The notes under the pieces were generated by a model that saw only the letters and a list, made by a program, of their open reading frames with translations, had not been told where the DNA came from and searched no databases. A program made the translations under genes and the position numbers. This document shows, in pieces, positions 14,691 to 29,200 of a stretch of 64,000 nt of DNA (the first letter of the stretch is position 1; the number at the start of each line of letters is the position of its first letter). Source of the DNA: Thalia democratica (taxonomy: Eukaryota); assembly GCA_965202585.1 (NCBI GenBank), contig OZ241831.1, positions 50,654,001-50,718,000 on the forward strand, in the 5' to 3' direction.

Positions 14691-17600
14691 GATTATTGTT
14701 AGTTTTAATGTCAATTTTTCCATTAGTTGTCTTCCAATTTTTAAATGGACATGTATTTATTTCAGATCTTTTATAGTTACAAAAACAATAAAAGTACTCA
14801 AACTTGTATAATAGCTGGTTTTTGTTCTATGATGTTGTAAAGTTATTTTTATTCTATATTTACCTTTATAATTATTTTCGTTGAAGCTAATGATTGAAAC
14901 ACTTTTAAACTATTGTTACAACAATTATGATTCATTACAATTTGATTTTAATAATTTAGTTTTGATTTAACTGTGTTGTCTTTAATTAATACTGCTTTCA
15001 TTCGTAAACTAAATAAAAAAAAAATTGTTTTTAAAACAGTTTATAATTTATTTGTAGAAGAAATATTTTGGGGATTTTTAAAATGTCCTTCAAAGATTTT
15101 TTTAAGCAAATATAACTTAAATATTAATCATTATTTTTAAAGATTAATCCTGAAAATAACAACATTCATAAACTAAGTTTTTAGATATGATTTAATCAGT
15201 TTTAGTGCAACTAAACATATTATACCTATTTGGTTAAGTATAACTCAACAAGTAAATGACGAAATATTTAATCGATCAGATTTCATATATTTAACAGCAA
15301 AGTTGTTTTATAACATTTTGATTGCTTCCGATTTTGAATTAGATTACACGTTACTTAAACTAAAGCATTATAAAAAATAATCTGTTTAATATTACGAAAT
15401 AATTAAAAGTTAGTCCTCGAATTGTTTTGTTGTGTTATTGAATGTTTTAATTGAAACAACTTTTTTAATAAAACACTATTTTAGCTACACAACTTTGATT
15501 AAATTTTAACCTACTGCAATCAATTGTACTAAATTTTGATAGACTTATTTCTAATTTAATTATATGTCGAAGTTTCGTCAAAGTAACAAGTATAGTAACA
15601 ATATTCAATTTTTTTATTTTGAATTGTTAAATGCTGCTTATTTGATGCCAATGTATTTTTTTACAAGTTTTACAACAAAACTTTAGAGGCAAAAGGCGGT
15701 TAAAATAAAAAACCTATAAATGCATATAATTAAAATAACTTATTATTTCTATACATTTAATAATTTATAAAACAGTTTAAGAATCCTATTAACCCACAAA
15801 GAAATCAAGTTGATTTTTTTTTCCAAGTTCTTTGATTTGTTTAGTTGTACTAATTAAAAGTTGAAAATTCTACGTCAAAACAACAGTATTCAAGTTACAC
15901 AACATATTCTGAAAAATATTTGCGATTAAAATCAAGCTAAACAAAAATAAATCATGTGTTTCTCATGTCAAACCAATTTAGATTAAATAAAGTGTTGAAA
16001 CTTGTGTATTTTAAATTTATGTTTTCTCTTATTCATCTTATTTGCTTTTTTCAAACTAAATTTTAAAAATTTCAAAATTTAACATTAATGTATCTGTTTT
16101 TTATTAATAATCGTAAAATATTTAACTTTAAATAAGTTTTTTTTTAACGCTATCTATAGGGTTATAAAGTTGTTTTTAGTTATCTTGGTTTTAAAACAAT
16201 TTCTTAAAAACACATCACTAGTTTATATAAATAAAACGCAGTTTGTTTATATAATCAAACTATAAACTTTTATATTGAAAATTAAGAATTTTTAAGATTA
16301 AACTGCAATATATATTTTACTTTTGAAATCAATTTCTAGAACACTTTTTATGTTAAACAAAAATCTACTACATTAAGGTCACCAAAAGTTTCAAAATTAA
16401 ATTAACAAAAAAAAAAATGAAGAATTAAAAGATCATGTCGTAGATCTTAATACTTATTATACTTAGTTTTTTGATAAAGTTTTTATCTTTGTAAGTAAGT
16501 CGAAATTTTGATAAAAAAATTTAAAAATTTTAAATTTTTAGTTTAATAAATATTTTACGATATAACTTTTTTAATTTTATAAATAAATATGATGACAAAA
16601 AAAAATTATTTCAATGTTTCGTTTAATAAAATACCAAAACTTTAATTTAAAAATAATTAATTTTTCTAGTAAAGTTTTTTCAAGCAGTGTGAAATTGACG
16701 TAAAGTAAACAAATAAAAACTTCCTATTAAAAAACTTACAACTTTTAACTTACAGATTTAAAAGGTATACTGTATAAAATTTAAAACTAGCCTTAAAATT
16801 TGAGTACAAATGCGTGTTCATTTTTTAATTAGGCTAAAACTCTTTTTTTTTATTATGAAAATAATGATTTTTTTAATTGTTTTTAATATTTAACGTTATT
16901 TTCCTTTTTAGGATAAATGGTCGTGAGTAATGTATTTTGAAAACTATTGGAACGTAAAATGTTTTGGTCACATTTTACTTAATTTCACATAAAATATCAG
17001 AACTAAAAGAATCATTAGACTAAAGACACAATAACTTAAACAAAACGAGAAAATGACTAATCATTAAGATTTTGATTTAAAGCAGTTTAACTCGAGATTT
17101 GCAATACTAGTCAATAAACTTTTAACTTATAAGTAAATACAACTTTTTCAACCGAAAATAAAAACAAAAGCTACCTGTGAACGATAACATGTTGCAAAGA
17201 ATCAATAAAATTTTTGTGAAATTTGTTTTAAAGCAACGTTTACAATCAATCACCACTACGTTAGAAACAAATCACCTAAAAAATTTACACTATTACATTT
17301 ATTGACCCATGTCAGATCAAATTATAATAAATAAAATGCTGATTCTTGTATTTTGTTTGTAACTCTCTTTTATCTTTCTTTTATCTCTATTACTTGTTCT
17401 TGGAACAATTTTTAATTAATAACATATATATAGTAAGTTTGTTTCAAAAAAACAGTAAGAAATTAAATTGTGTTTAGAGTTTTTTCAAAGACTTTTATAT
17501 ATGATTAAACTAAGTATTTAAAGAACTTTACGCCTTAACTTAAAATATTTAAATGATTCCAAATGTTTATTTAGTTTTAGGTAAAAATATATACTCTACA

Positions 17601-19025
17601 TAATTTTATTTTTATGTGTAAACACTTAAATCTCCTAAAAAAATCAACTGATTAAGTTAAATGTTTTATTTTATAAATTTCCTAAATTTTTTGTTTATAA
17701 CTTCAAAGACTTTTTAGTTATATTAAGTTTTAAAGTATTAAGAAATATGCTTAGGTAAAAAGTTGTTTTAAGTACTTTTGGTTACTAGATTAGTTTAGTA
17801 TAAACAAATCTTTGTGTTATACTTTTTTATAAGATAAAACATTAATTTATATTGCTTAAGAGTACGAATGGTTTTTTATTAAATTATTATTTTAAATAAA
17901 ACATTTTCTTTAGTAATCAAAAGTTAGAATTAATTTTTTAATTAAACATAAATCAGCCACATTTAGGTCAAATAAATTTTTCATTAGTAAATCAAAACAC
18001 TGAAAAAGTCAAGTTGTAAATTTTACTACTTCTTTTTTTGCAATTTTATAATTAAAAGTTTTAAGTTTTCTTATTTGAATGTTCCTTTAGATAAATAAGA
18101 AAATTGAAAGTGTTGATTTTTTTAGCTTTGAAAAAAGTATAAGCCGTTTTAATAAAGAACATTTAAAACAAACTTTATAAGTAAACACGTTTTTGAGGAA
18201 AAACAATAAGTTTATTTCAAGGAACTCATCTTTTCTTTATTGAGAAAACTTCTCACGTTGCAAGCAATTTATTATTTCATTTGCAATTTGAAGTTTAATT
18301 AAAGTAAACAAATAAAAACAATGTAGTTTTCCGTCCAATAACTTAAAAATTTATCAAACTGAAAATATTTTTAATATGGTTTTTTTGAATATTCTAGATT
18401 ACAGCTTGATAAAATTTTTGTTACAACTAAGATACTTTTGTGCTATGAGTTTAGCCTAAATCGTTTTACAATTACTTTTTTGATTTTGATTTTTCATAAA
18501 AGTTTTTATAGGTTGATCTTAAGTGTTTATAATGTTCATTAACATTTTAAAATGTAAGCTTTTAACTATAAAACGTATTTTTGGAATAGCTTTCAACTAT
18601 AAACTTAACTAGGCATTTAAGCATTTTAACCTTTAAAAGTTAAACGCGCGCAATTATTAAACTTTACAATAAATCATGCGTAAAATGTCTGAATCAAATT
18701 TTTTTCAATGTCACAAAATTTATCAAAACTCTAAGTTTACTACACTTTATTGCAATTATCATAAAAATTCAACTATCAAAATTTTGTTAAGAAAATAAAT
18801 GCGTTCTTGAATCTTAAACAGTAAATCTATAAGTTTTCTATCAGACAAGTAAATACATCCTTTTAAATCAGAAGTAAAAATAAAAATTAAAATAAATCTA
18901 TAACCTTCTAACTTAAAAGTAAACACAACGTTTTTATCTTAAATCAAAACAAAAGCTACCAGTGAACGATAACATGTTGCAAAGAATCAATAAAAATTTT
19001 GTGAAATTTATTTTAAAGCAATGTT
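14195..19025 (+). repeat. Segmental/tandem duplication, copy 2 (partner 1-about 5080)
   Basis: Direct alignment with the window start. Confidence 0.92.
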
Positions 19026-19717
19026 TTTGAAGAAATTTATACAAAATGAAATTGTATTGGATGAATTCAAAAACAAACTAACATAGCTAATAATTAAGTT
19101 GAATTTATATTCGTACTTCCTATTAAAAAATAACTGTTGTAAAAATTAACAAAAGTAATAGAATTCATAATACATATTTGAATGTATGTTATTACTCAAT
19201 TATTAGTTAGTAGATAAAACTAATGATGGAAATCAGAGGTCTAAAATAGTTTTTAGAAACACTCTATTATTTATTTAAACCCTATTTATATTTTTGTTCA
19301 AAAAAGCTTAACATTTTGAAATGTGCAGTCTGATCTTAAAAACGTAAAAAAAATATCAGCAAAAAATAATAGTTTAAAAAAATCATTATAAGTATATGAG
19401 CATAGAAATTTGTATTTATTAATATCTTTTTGCCGGTGTAAAAAATAAACAAACAACTTTTAAAGACAAAACAAATTTACTTCCTGTGTATGCTTTTGTT
19501 TATTTTCATAACGAACTTTAAATATATTTTCATTATGTTTAATAATAATATGTTTCGATGCAATACTAAGAACTTTTTTTCTTAAATTCTAACGTCCGTT
19601 TTACAACAATTTAGTGTTTGGTTAAAAACTTTTGACGTAAAATATGAAGTTAATTGTTTTCTAAAACAGTTTACTTAATAAATTATATAGTTAATCAAAG
19701 TACACTTAGTTTTATAG

Positions 19718-20003
19718 CCGCAACAACTAGTTTACAACATCAAGTACACTGGATTCCTTCATGTTTTTTGTTAGCAAACTGTAATATGTATATGTTAGTA
19801 ATTCGGTTGATTTATTCAATAGGTTTTGTTGCGAACGTCAAAAAGACATTGCTCAAAAAATTCGGTGTAAGAACTCAGTATGCACAAAGTTTTGTGGTTA
19901 TCGAGCCGTACATATGGTTACAGTTCAATGTCTAGAACAAACAAAACAAATAATTGAGAATTATTCTAACATATTTAAACGCACTATTCAACCTAGTTCG
20001 TAG
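19718..20003 (+). CDS. Candidate last two exons (19718-19769, 19823-20003) of a small Cys-rich protein; 5' part not found
   Basis: tttatag|, |gttagc, caatag| give a 53-nt intron and the in-frame peptide ATTSLQHQVHWIPSCFL-FCCERQKDIAQKIRCKNSVCTKFCGYRAVHMVTVQCLEQ...PSS*. No recognisable homology, and another frame is also open. Confidence 0.3.
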
Positions 20004-22727
20004 ACTAAACTTATTGTACTGTACTGAAACACTGTATTTTTTCACCTTATACAACCTTAAATAAGTTGTTAAACAAAATAAATATAGATAGTTTTAGTTT
20101 ATTTTTTAGCTCTAATGGTTATAAATATCAAAAAACTTTATATAAAGTTGAAAATTATGTTTAAAGTTTAAGCTAATTTAAATTAAGTAAAAAATAATTC
20201 CAAATCAAAACAGCACAATTATTTTACTAAGTCTTTTAAACTTAAGAAACTAAAATTAACTTTGTTTAATTCAAAAGAAACTAATGTTTTTATTATCTTA
20301 TAAATTCATTTGAGGACAGTTAATTCACTTTTATTGATCCTAAAAACAGTTTAAACTAATTTTCTTTGATTTAGTTAATTGTGCATCTGGCTACCTAAAA
20401 CATTTTGCTTTCTTTATATCATTTTATATTAACATAAACAAAGTATAGTAAACTTAGATAGAAGTAATTAAACTTTTTCATCTTTTATAACTTAATTAAT
20501 ACAACTTATAATATTATGATAAGTTGTTATAACGTTTGAAACAAAAGTAAGTTCACAAAGATTTTTTTAACCTATATTTTAGTATCTGAAAAATAACAAA
20601 GTAAAAAATTTTGCAAACTATTTACATTTTTATTATAAATTAAAGCAGTTTTATTAAAAAATGCTGTTTAAAAATAAAATTTATTAAAGTAACCTTAAAA
20701 TATTTTAACGAGGTATTCAATTTTATACCTATGAAATAAACTTGGGGAAAAAAAACTTAGTTTTTGAAGAATTTACTTTTGAAAAAGTGATTTGAAAAGT
20801 AAAAATATATTGTTAATTTCAGTGCAAAAAAAATTTTCAGAGAAACACTTAATTTTTTACAGGGTAATAAACAATTTGTTTTAACAAGTGAAAAAGTGAT
20901 TCATTAACATTCATACTTCAGTTTTAAGTAAAAGTTTTATCGAAATGGATATTTAAACTTTTACGTATATTTATTAGCTTCAAAATTAAAAATTATATTA
21001 TTATCAAAGTTTTTTTACGCTTTTATCAACTAAAACTCTTTTTTAGTAAAATCATTAAAACATTTTACCTTGGTTTGATATTTTTATTCACACGATGCTA
21101 ATTATAAATAGTTCAGATTAACTATCGTGAATTTGATTAAAAATGAATAATTTAATCAATGCACTTGAAAAGAGTAATTGAAAATTTTAAAACTAAAACA
21201 TGAGCTGAAGAATTTTTATATAAAACTCTAGTTAGTTTTAACAAAATCTCATGTTTCACATTTTACTTTCTGATTTAAGCATGCTGAATAAATTGTTTAA
21301 GTATTTTGAGCACACAGAGAAGACCTAAGTGAACATTTTTGTAACAAGTAAAGTATTGGTGTTTAAATACTTTGTTCTTACCGTTACGTGGATAGTTTGT
21401 TTATATGCAAAAAATGTATTGACTGAAATCTAAATTAAATTAGAAGCTCAACAAAATGATCTAAATATTGATATTCGATTTAATATACGTTGTTGGTTAC
21501 TGATATTTTTTATGTTTACAAAAACTAAATAACTTAAAAATTATAAATCTTTTTTATTTTACTAAAACATTAATGAAACATAATCTTATAAAACTTTGAC
21601 TACTGCAACATAATTTTTTTTAGAATTAGTAGTAATGTTAATATTTTATTAGAATATTTACTAACTTTGTACTGCATACCAAAATTTTAGTAATATTAAA
21701 AAACTTCAGGGCACAAAGTTGTTATGTAAAATACTTGGCACACCTTGAAAAACATTGTTTTATGTAACTGATTTTAATATAAAATTTTTGCATAACATAT
21801 GTTAAACAAAAATTTTGAGACATGATTCATTAAAAAACATTTTTATTAAACAAAAAGTAAAATCGAATCCAGCTAGCACTAAATCGATTTTACTTTTTGT
21901 TTAATAAAATTTTTGAATGAATCATTTCTGTTAAATAATTTTTTTAAAAACTTAAAGCTGTTTTCATCTCCAAAATAATTTTAGAACTAATCCTTTATCA
22001 GTCTAATCTAAATTTTGCAGACTTCGTACGTTGAAAAACAGAAACGTTTTATATATAATACAAAGGTTTTATTTAATATTTATAAAAATATTAATTATAG
22101 AATTTAAGGCTGTATACATAAGTAGTTTATAATCTGTAAGTTTTTGGGTACAGACACTTTTTTTTATTACTAAGATTAATAAAAATACTTAAAATATCAT
22201 AAACACAGAAAGTAGTTCAAATAGCTAAAGAAACTAATTGTAAAAGTGGATATACTTTATGAAAATATACTTTGTTATTTCAAATATATCATTTTATTTA
22301 CTCTATGCTACAAAAATATTTTGTTTAGTCAAAGCTTCAGGATTTATCATGTTAATTCTAAATTGGGTTAAAAGAAGATAATTCGATTCTAAAACGTTAT
22401 TAAATTTTTATTTATTTGAATAAACATTCTTACTTGTCTAAATTTGCACAAAAACATTTTGAAAACTTAACTCAAATATAATTTAATAAATTATTTTGTA
22501 TTCGTTGAAATCTAAGTCTTAGGATTTGCTGACTGCGGATCATAGCTACTTGTTTTTCGAGTTTTAGGTTGAATTTAGCTGCGGATTTACATAAATAAAA
22601 AACCAGTTAATTAAGAATAAAACTAAGTATTTTAAAGCAAAAACCTAGATGATAATATTTAAGCTTGACTTTTGCTCTGAAATTTTTCAAATTTTTCAAA
22701 TTTTTTCAAAAATTCAAATTTTAAATT
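19901..22727 (+). repeat. 2.83-kb direct tandem duplication, unit A
   Basis: Begins tcgagccgtacatatgg and aligns along its length with 22728-about 25505 at roughly 85-90% identity. Confidence 0.92.
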
Positions 22728-25505
22728 TCGAGCCGTACATATGGATACAGTTCAATGTCTTGAACAAGCTAAAAAAATAATTGAGAATTATTCTAACATA
22801 TTTGAACGCACTATTTAACCTAGTTCGTTGACTAAACTTATTGTACTCTACTAAAATACTGTATTTTTTCACCTTATACAACCTTAAATAAGTTGTGAAA
22901 CAAAATAAATGCGGTACAGATAGTTTTAGTTTATTTGTTTAGCTCTAATGGTTATAAATGTTAAAAACCTTTTATAAAGTAAAAAATCATGTTTAAAGTT
23001 TAAGCTAATTTAAGTTAAGTAAAAAATTATTCCAAATCAAAACAGCACAATTATTTTACTAAGTATTTTAAACTAGGAAACTAAGATTAACTTTATCTAG
23101 TTTAAATGAAAATAGTGTTTTTATTATCTTATAAATTCATTTTAGGACAGTTAATTCACTTTTATTGATCCTAAAAACAGTTTAAACTAATTTTCTTTGA
23201 TTTAATTAGTTGTGTAACTGGCTAGCTAAAACTTTTTCCTTTTTTTTATCAATTTATTTTATCATAAACAAAGTATAGTAAACTTAGATAGAAGTAATTA
23301 AACTTATACATCTTTTATAACTTACTTAATTAATACAACTTAAAATATTATGATAAGTTGTTATAACGTTGAAAACAAAAGCAAATTCACAAAGATTTTT
23401 TTAAACCTATATTTTAGTATCTAAAAAATAACAAAATAAAAAAATTTGCAAATAATTTACATTTTTCTTTATAAATAAAAGCAGTTTTACAATAAAACGC
23501 TAATAAGAAATAAAATTTATTAAAGTAACTTTAAAACAATTTAAAAAAGTATTTAATTTCATAGCTATGAAATAAATTTAGGGAAAACAAACTTAGTTTT
23601 TGAACAATTTACTGTTTTGAAAAGTAAAACTAAACTGTTAATTTCAGTGCAAAAAAAATATTTCAAGAAAAAAACTTATTTTACAACAGGGTGATAAACA
23701 ATTTATTTTAGCAATTGAAATTAAGATTTTTAAAAGTTCTTACCTCAGTTTTTATTAAAAGCTTTATCGGAATGGATATTTAAAATTCTACGTATATTTA
23801 TTAGATTCAAAGTTGTTATATTATTATCAAAGTTGTTTTACACTGTTATCAACTAAAACTCTTTTTTAGTAAAACAATTAAAACATTTTGCCTTAGTTTG
23901 ATATTTTTATTCACATGATGCTAATTCTAAAAAATTCAGATTAACTATCGTGAATCTGATCAAAAATGAATAATCTAATCAATGCACTTGAGTAGAGTAA
24001 TTGAACGTTTTGAAACTAGAACATGAGGTGAAGATTTCTTATATGAAACTCTAGTTAGTTTTAACAAAATCTCATGTTTCACATTTCACTTTATTATTTA
24101 AGCATGCTGAATCAAATGTTAAAGAATTTTGAGCACACAAAGAAGGCCTAAGTGAATATTTTTGTAACAAGTAAAGTATTGGTTTAAATACTTTGTTCTT
24201 GCCATTACGTGGATAGTTTGTTTATATGCAAAAAATGTATTGACTGAAATCTAAATTAAATTAGACGCTCAACAAAATGAACTGAATATTGATATTCAAT
24301 TTAATAGACATTGTTGGTTACTGATATTTTTTATATTTACGAAAACTAACTAGTTTAAAATTTATTTGTCTTTTTTATTAAAATTTTAAAGAAACGTAAT
24401 CTGATAAAACTTTGACTACTGCAACAAAACAGTTTTATTTTAGATTTTATAGTAATTTTAATTTTTTTTTAGTATATTTACTAACATTGTACTGCATACC
24501 AAAATTTTTAGTAAATATTAAAAAACTTCAGGGCACAAAGTTGTTATGTATAGTACTTGGCACATTTTCAAACATTGTTTTATGTAACTGATTTTATATA
24601 ACAACTATTCATTACATATATAAAACAAAAAATTTGAGACATGATTCATTCAAAAACATTTTTATTAAACAAACAAGTAAAATCTGTTTAGTGTTAGCTA
24701 AATTCGATTTCAATTGTTTGTTTAATAAAAATTTTTGAATGAATAATTTCTGTTAAATATTTGTTTTTAAAACTGAAAGTTTTTTTCATCTCCAAATTCA
24801 TTCATCATTTAGAAATAATTCTTTACTACTCTAAACTACACAGACTTCGTTCGTTGAAAAACAGAACAATTTATACGAAATACAAAGGTTTTATTTAATA
24901 TTTATAAAAACAATGATTATAGAATTTACGGCTGAATACATAAGTAGTGTATAATCTATAAGTTTTTGCGTACAGGCACTTTTTTTTGCTACTAATATTA
25001 ATATAAGTACTTAAAATATAACAAACATACTAAGTAGATCAAATAGTTAAAGCAACTAATTGTAAAAGTAGATATACTTTATGAAAATATACTTTTTTAT
25101 TTCAAATATATCTTTCTATTTACTCTGTTCTACAAAAATATTTTGTTCAGTCAAAGCTTCAGGATTTATCATATTAATGCTTAATTGGGCTAATAAAAGG
25201 TAATTCGATTTTAAGATGTTATGAAATTTTTATTTATTTGGATAAACATTCTTACTTGTCTAAATTTGCACAACAACATTTTTAAAAACTTATCTCTAAT
25301 ACAATTTAAATTTTTATTTTGCGTTCGTCGAAATTTAAATCCTAGACTTGCTGATCATAGCTTCTTATGTTTCGAGTTTTAGGTTTAAAATTAGCTGCAG
25401 AACTATATTTAACAAAAATAAGTTTTTTAAAGCAAAAACCTAGATGATAATATTTAAACTTGACTTTTGCTCTAAAACTTTTCAAATATTTTCAAGTTTT
25501 TCAAC
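22728..25505 (+). repeat. 2.83-kb direct tandem duplication, unit B
   Basis: Same start motif, directly after a (TTTTCAAA)-like stutter at 22682-22727. Ends ttgacttttgctct...ttttcaa like unit A. Confidence 0.92.
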
Positions 25506-26209
25506 CAAGTAGCGTGTGTAGCATAAGTACAAAATAAAAATTTCATTTAAAATTATAAAAACAAGGTTCTGTATTTAACATAGTTCAGTCTTGAATTAAA
25601 CAAAGAAAACTTAAAATTATATTTATAAGTTGTGGTGAAACTCTCATAAACTTTTTATAAATTTGCTTTTGATTTTGGACATTTTATTACTACGCTAAAA
25701 TTATATTACACGAAACACGCTAAATTACTCGAGATAGAACTACTTGGAAAATCACAGTTTCAAAAAAAAAGTACGAATAAAAAACACAGACAGAAACTAA
25801 ATTTGCAATTCTAAATTACAGGTGGAATTATTTGGTGCGGTTGAAATTTGTAATATGCGTTGATAGAAACTACAGAAAAAATAAAATTTTTGGTACGCGT
25901 TTTTAACTTTCTACTTTCAAAAACCCCGCGCTTTTGGAAGCAAAATCCCTCGACAAGCGTCAAAGATGAAAGATTTTGATTGGCTTAAAAAAATCAAGAC
26001 TTTTAAGAAGTCTGGTAATAGAAAGATGAAAGTAGAAAAAAAATACGTTAAATCAACACTTTTGAATTTTAGAGTGTTACTTTTGAATGAATAACTTGAG
26101 ATAAAAAATAAAAGTATCAAAATCAAAATTTGAGTAAAAAACATTAAGAAAGTTTAAAAAGCCAAATTTGACGTTGCTGACACGTTTTCGACGTGGGGGA
26201 TTTTTGCGT

Positions 26210-29200
26210 TCACTTGCACCGTTGCTGCCTCCTCAGCCAGTCGGGGGTGGGGTAGCGGACGCGGTGCTCGAAGGTCTGGGGCAGGTACTTGTCGTTGTAC
26301 TCCGTGCTGCCCTCAAGCGGTTGCTCGTTCTTGATGAGCGTCTGCTTCGGCCTGCAGCTGTCTCGCACGCCGACGCCGGTCGGGCCGATGAAGGACTCCT
26401 TGAACGTTGTCGTTCCGTCGAATGGCGCTGGAGAGTTGAAAAACAATTTATTGTTATTGATTTATTGGATTATAACTGTATTGTACAGTAAAATATTTCA
26501 AAATACAAAATACATTCAGTGCATATTTATAGAAACCGAAAGAGTAGTATGTAATAAATTTAAGGCTGATATTGACCAAATGTAATGGCTTTACATAAAA
26601 TTTCCGTAAATACTGACAATGATATTAGTCATAAATAAAGTTCAAAGTAAAACTTTTGATTTTTGCTGACCGTTCATTTCTTAAAAAAAAACAAACAAAA
26701 TCGCTATTCCTCGAAACGGTATATAAAAAAAAAACAATGCAAACTCACCATTGGACTGGGCGGCAGTCCTGTTGACCTTGACCCTGGCGTGGGACACGGG
26801 CCACACCTTGAAGTCGTGCATGTAGTTGGTGCTGCCCTCGAACTCGCCCCCTCCCACTCTGCCCTCCCTCGGCCGTATCGGCTGCGCGGGCTGCCCGCCC
26901 TTCTGGTCCACGTACGCCTGTCCGCTAGTGGTCGCCATGTCGAACTTTCCGCTGGGGGCGACGTACTGCGGCTGCTCCCGTCGCCACGGCTTCTCCACCG
27001 GCCACGCCTGGAACCTTGATACGCGGGAAGTTTTTGTTTGGGGGATTTTCAATTATAAGGGATTATTCTTGATAAAATCAAAATAGTTAAGTTTTTGTTA
27101 ATTTGAAGCTGAATCAGTTGCATTATTACAACTGCAACAATTTGGTAGCAAAAAAATGTTTATAATAATAAATGTTGTTTATATATAAACATACTTAAAA
27201 AAGCATGTTATATTATTTTATTGGAAGTTTGGGATTAAAAAGGAAATGTAAATACAAAACATACTAAAACTTGCTTTCAACTACTAATTTAAAAGTTTTC
27301 TTCAATCAAATTAAAATCAATTAAACCTTTAATATTAAATACGAAATCCAGGTAATTTCTAATAAACTAATAAAATTAAAATTAAAATTTAAGTTCATCA
27401 AACTGGAGTACATCAAACTAAATAAAATGTAATTTAAAAATTATCTAAATAAAACATTTAAATGGTGAGTTAAAGCGTTGTGTAACTAAAGGAAATGAAT
27501 AATTAATTTATTATGATTAAATATTGATCAACTCACCGCTCAAAATGGTTATAATCCTTGAAAAGTTGCTAAATTTAAATTAAGCTGCTTGCAATTGAAA
27601 TAAAAAGTTACATTACGATTTATGGCTCAATATTTTAAACATTTAAGTCTTTTATTATTGACAGCTTAAGTTTCATAAATTAATAGTTTTAAACAAAAAA
27701 ATATTACAAATTACGTTACTAATACATGTTTATAGTTTTTAAACTAAAATGAGGACTTTTTTAATTTAATACGTAGAAAACTTTAAAATTTTTACACTTT
27801 AACAAAACAATATTAATGATTTTCTCATGTTTAACTTAAAAAAATGTAACGCATACAAAATTTAAATGTAGTGTGTACTTTATATATTGCAAGGCCAGTT
27901 TTTTTTGTCTACATAATTAAGATTTAATACAGATTTACTAGAAACTTATCTAAAACTTTTATCTTTTACTGTAAACTTTTAATTTAAATCTTTCCAGAAA
28001 ACTAGATGAAAAATATCATAAAACACTTTATGTAAAATGTAAACATAATAATAAAATTTGTTATTAAAAAGCATATTTAGAAACTATCAGTATTTTCAAA
28101 ATTTTTTTGTTTGAATAATCTTTGTTTTATATATAAACAACATACAAATACTGCTTTACTATATAAAAAAAATTTGAGACTTGTTTGTAAAGTTTTGAAG
28201 ATAGTGCAAGATAGATATAGTAAAGTATTTGTTTGTAACGAAAAACTTTTGATTTAAATATTATTTTAAGACTTATTTTTAATATGACTAAAATTTAATA
28301 CAAAAATAAAATTAAGTTGTAGTTACGACTAAAGTTTAAAAAAATGGTTAAATTTTACTGTTCTATAAGCAAAACATTTCAATGTTTTTAAACTTTTAAA
28401 TTTGAAACACTCAAGTCGGAGGCTTCTCTAATGATTATGAGGTGGTTTACTAAAGTTTACTAATAATTAGTTTACTTAGGATTAAAATCATAAAGAAAAG
28501 AAATAGATAAAATAAACTTATCATAAAGGTTTTTTGATGAGATTTGTAAAAACTTATACTTCTTTTATCAGTATTTATATTTAACAGTACTATTTATTAA
28601 ACAACAGTATAATCAACTAATATTGTTATATGCAGTTTCATATTTTATTTTTGCTTGAAAAGGTTGCAATCTCTTGCCACCGAAACCGGTCGCGAATAAA
28701 ATATAAAATTTGCATAAATCTATATACTTCTTTTATCAAAAAACTTCTAGTCTCTAGACCAGAATTTTCTAAACCCTCAACTTAAAGTTTCCCACTTGGC
28801 AGAAATAAATATATATATATACTCTCTTTGATTCAATCATTACAAACATTCAATATATAATATACATGTTACATCGAGTTTTTGTGACTTTTATTGCCTT
28901 CACCGTTGTTAAGTTTTATTAAATTTAATTGATTCACAACTAATGGTTAATGTTTCATTTTTGTTCAAAATAGATTACATAAAAACTAAATTAATGTTAT
29001 TTGCAATACAAATTTAATAGTTTAAATAACCTCATTTACATTATGACGTAATTATTAGTTGTAACGAATGACTTTTCATTAGTTAACAACAATAAAATTT
29101 GAATTAGTTATCTTTCCCATTAACGTGAGTTGTTTGTTTATATTATGGTTAGTTTTTTTGTTGTGTAATTTAGCTTACTTTACTTTTTTTAGACTTAATA

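Noticed and set aside
25890-26100. Lys-rich + strand open frame just downstream of the SAXO stop
   Set aside because: No AG acceptor or upstream partner; it overlaps the expected SAXO 3' UTR.
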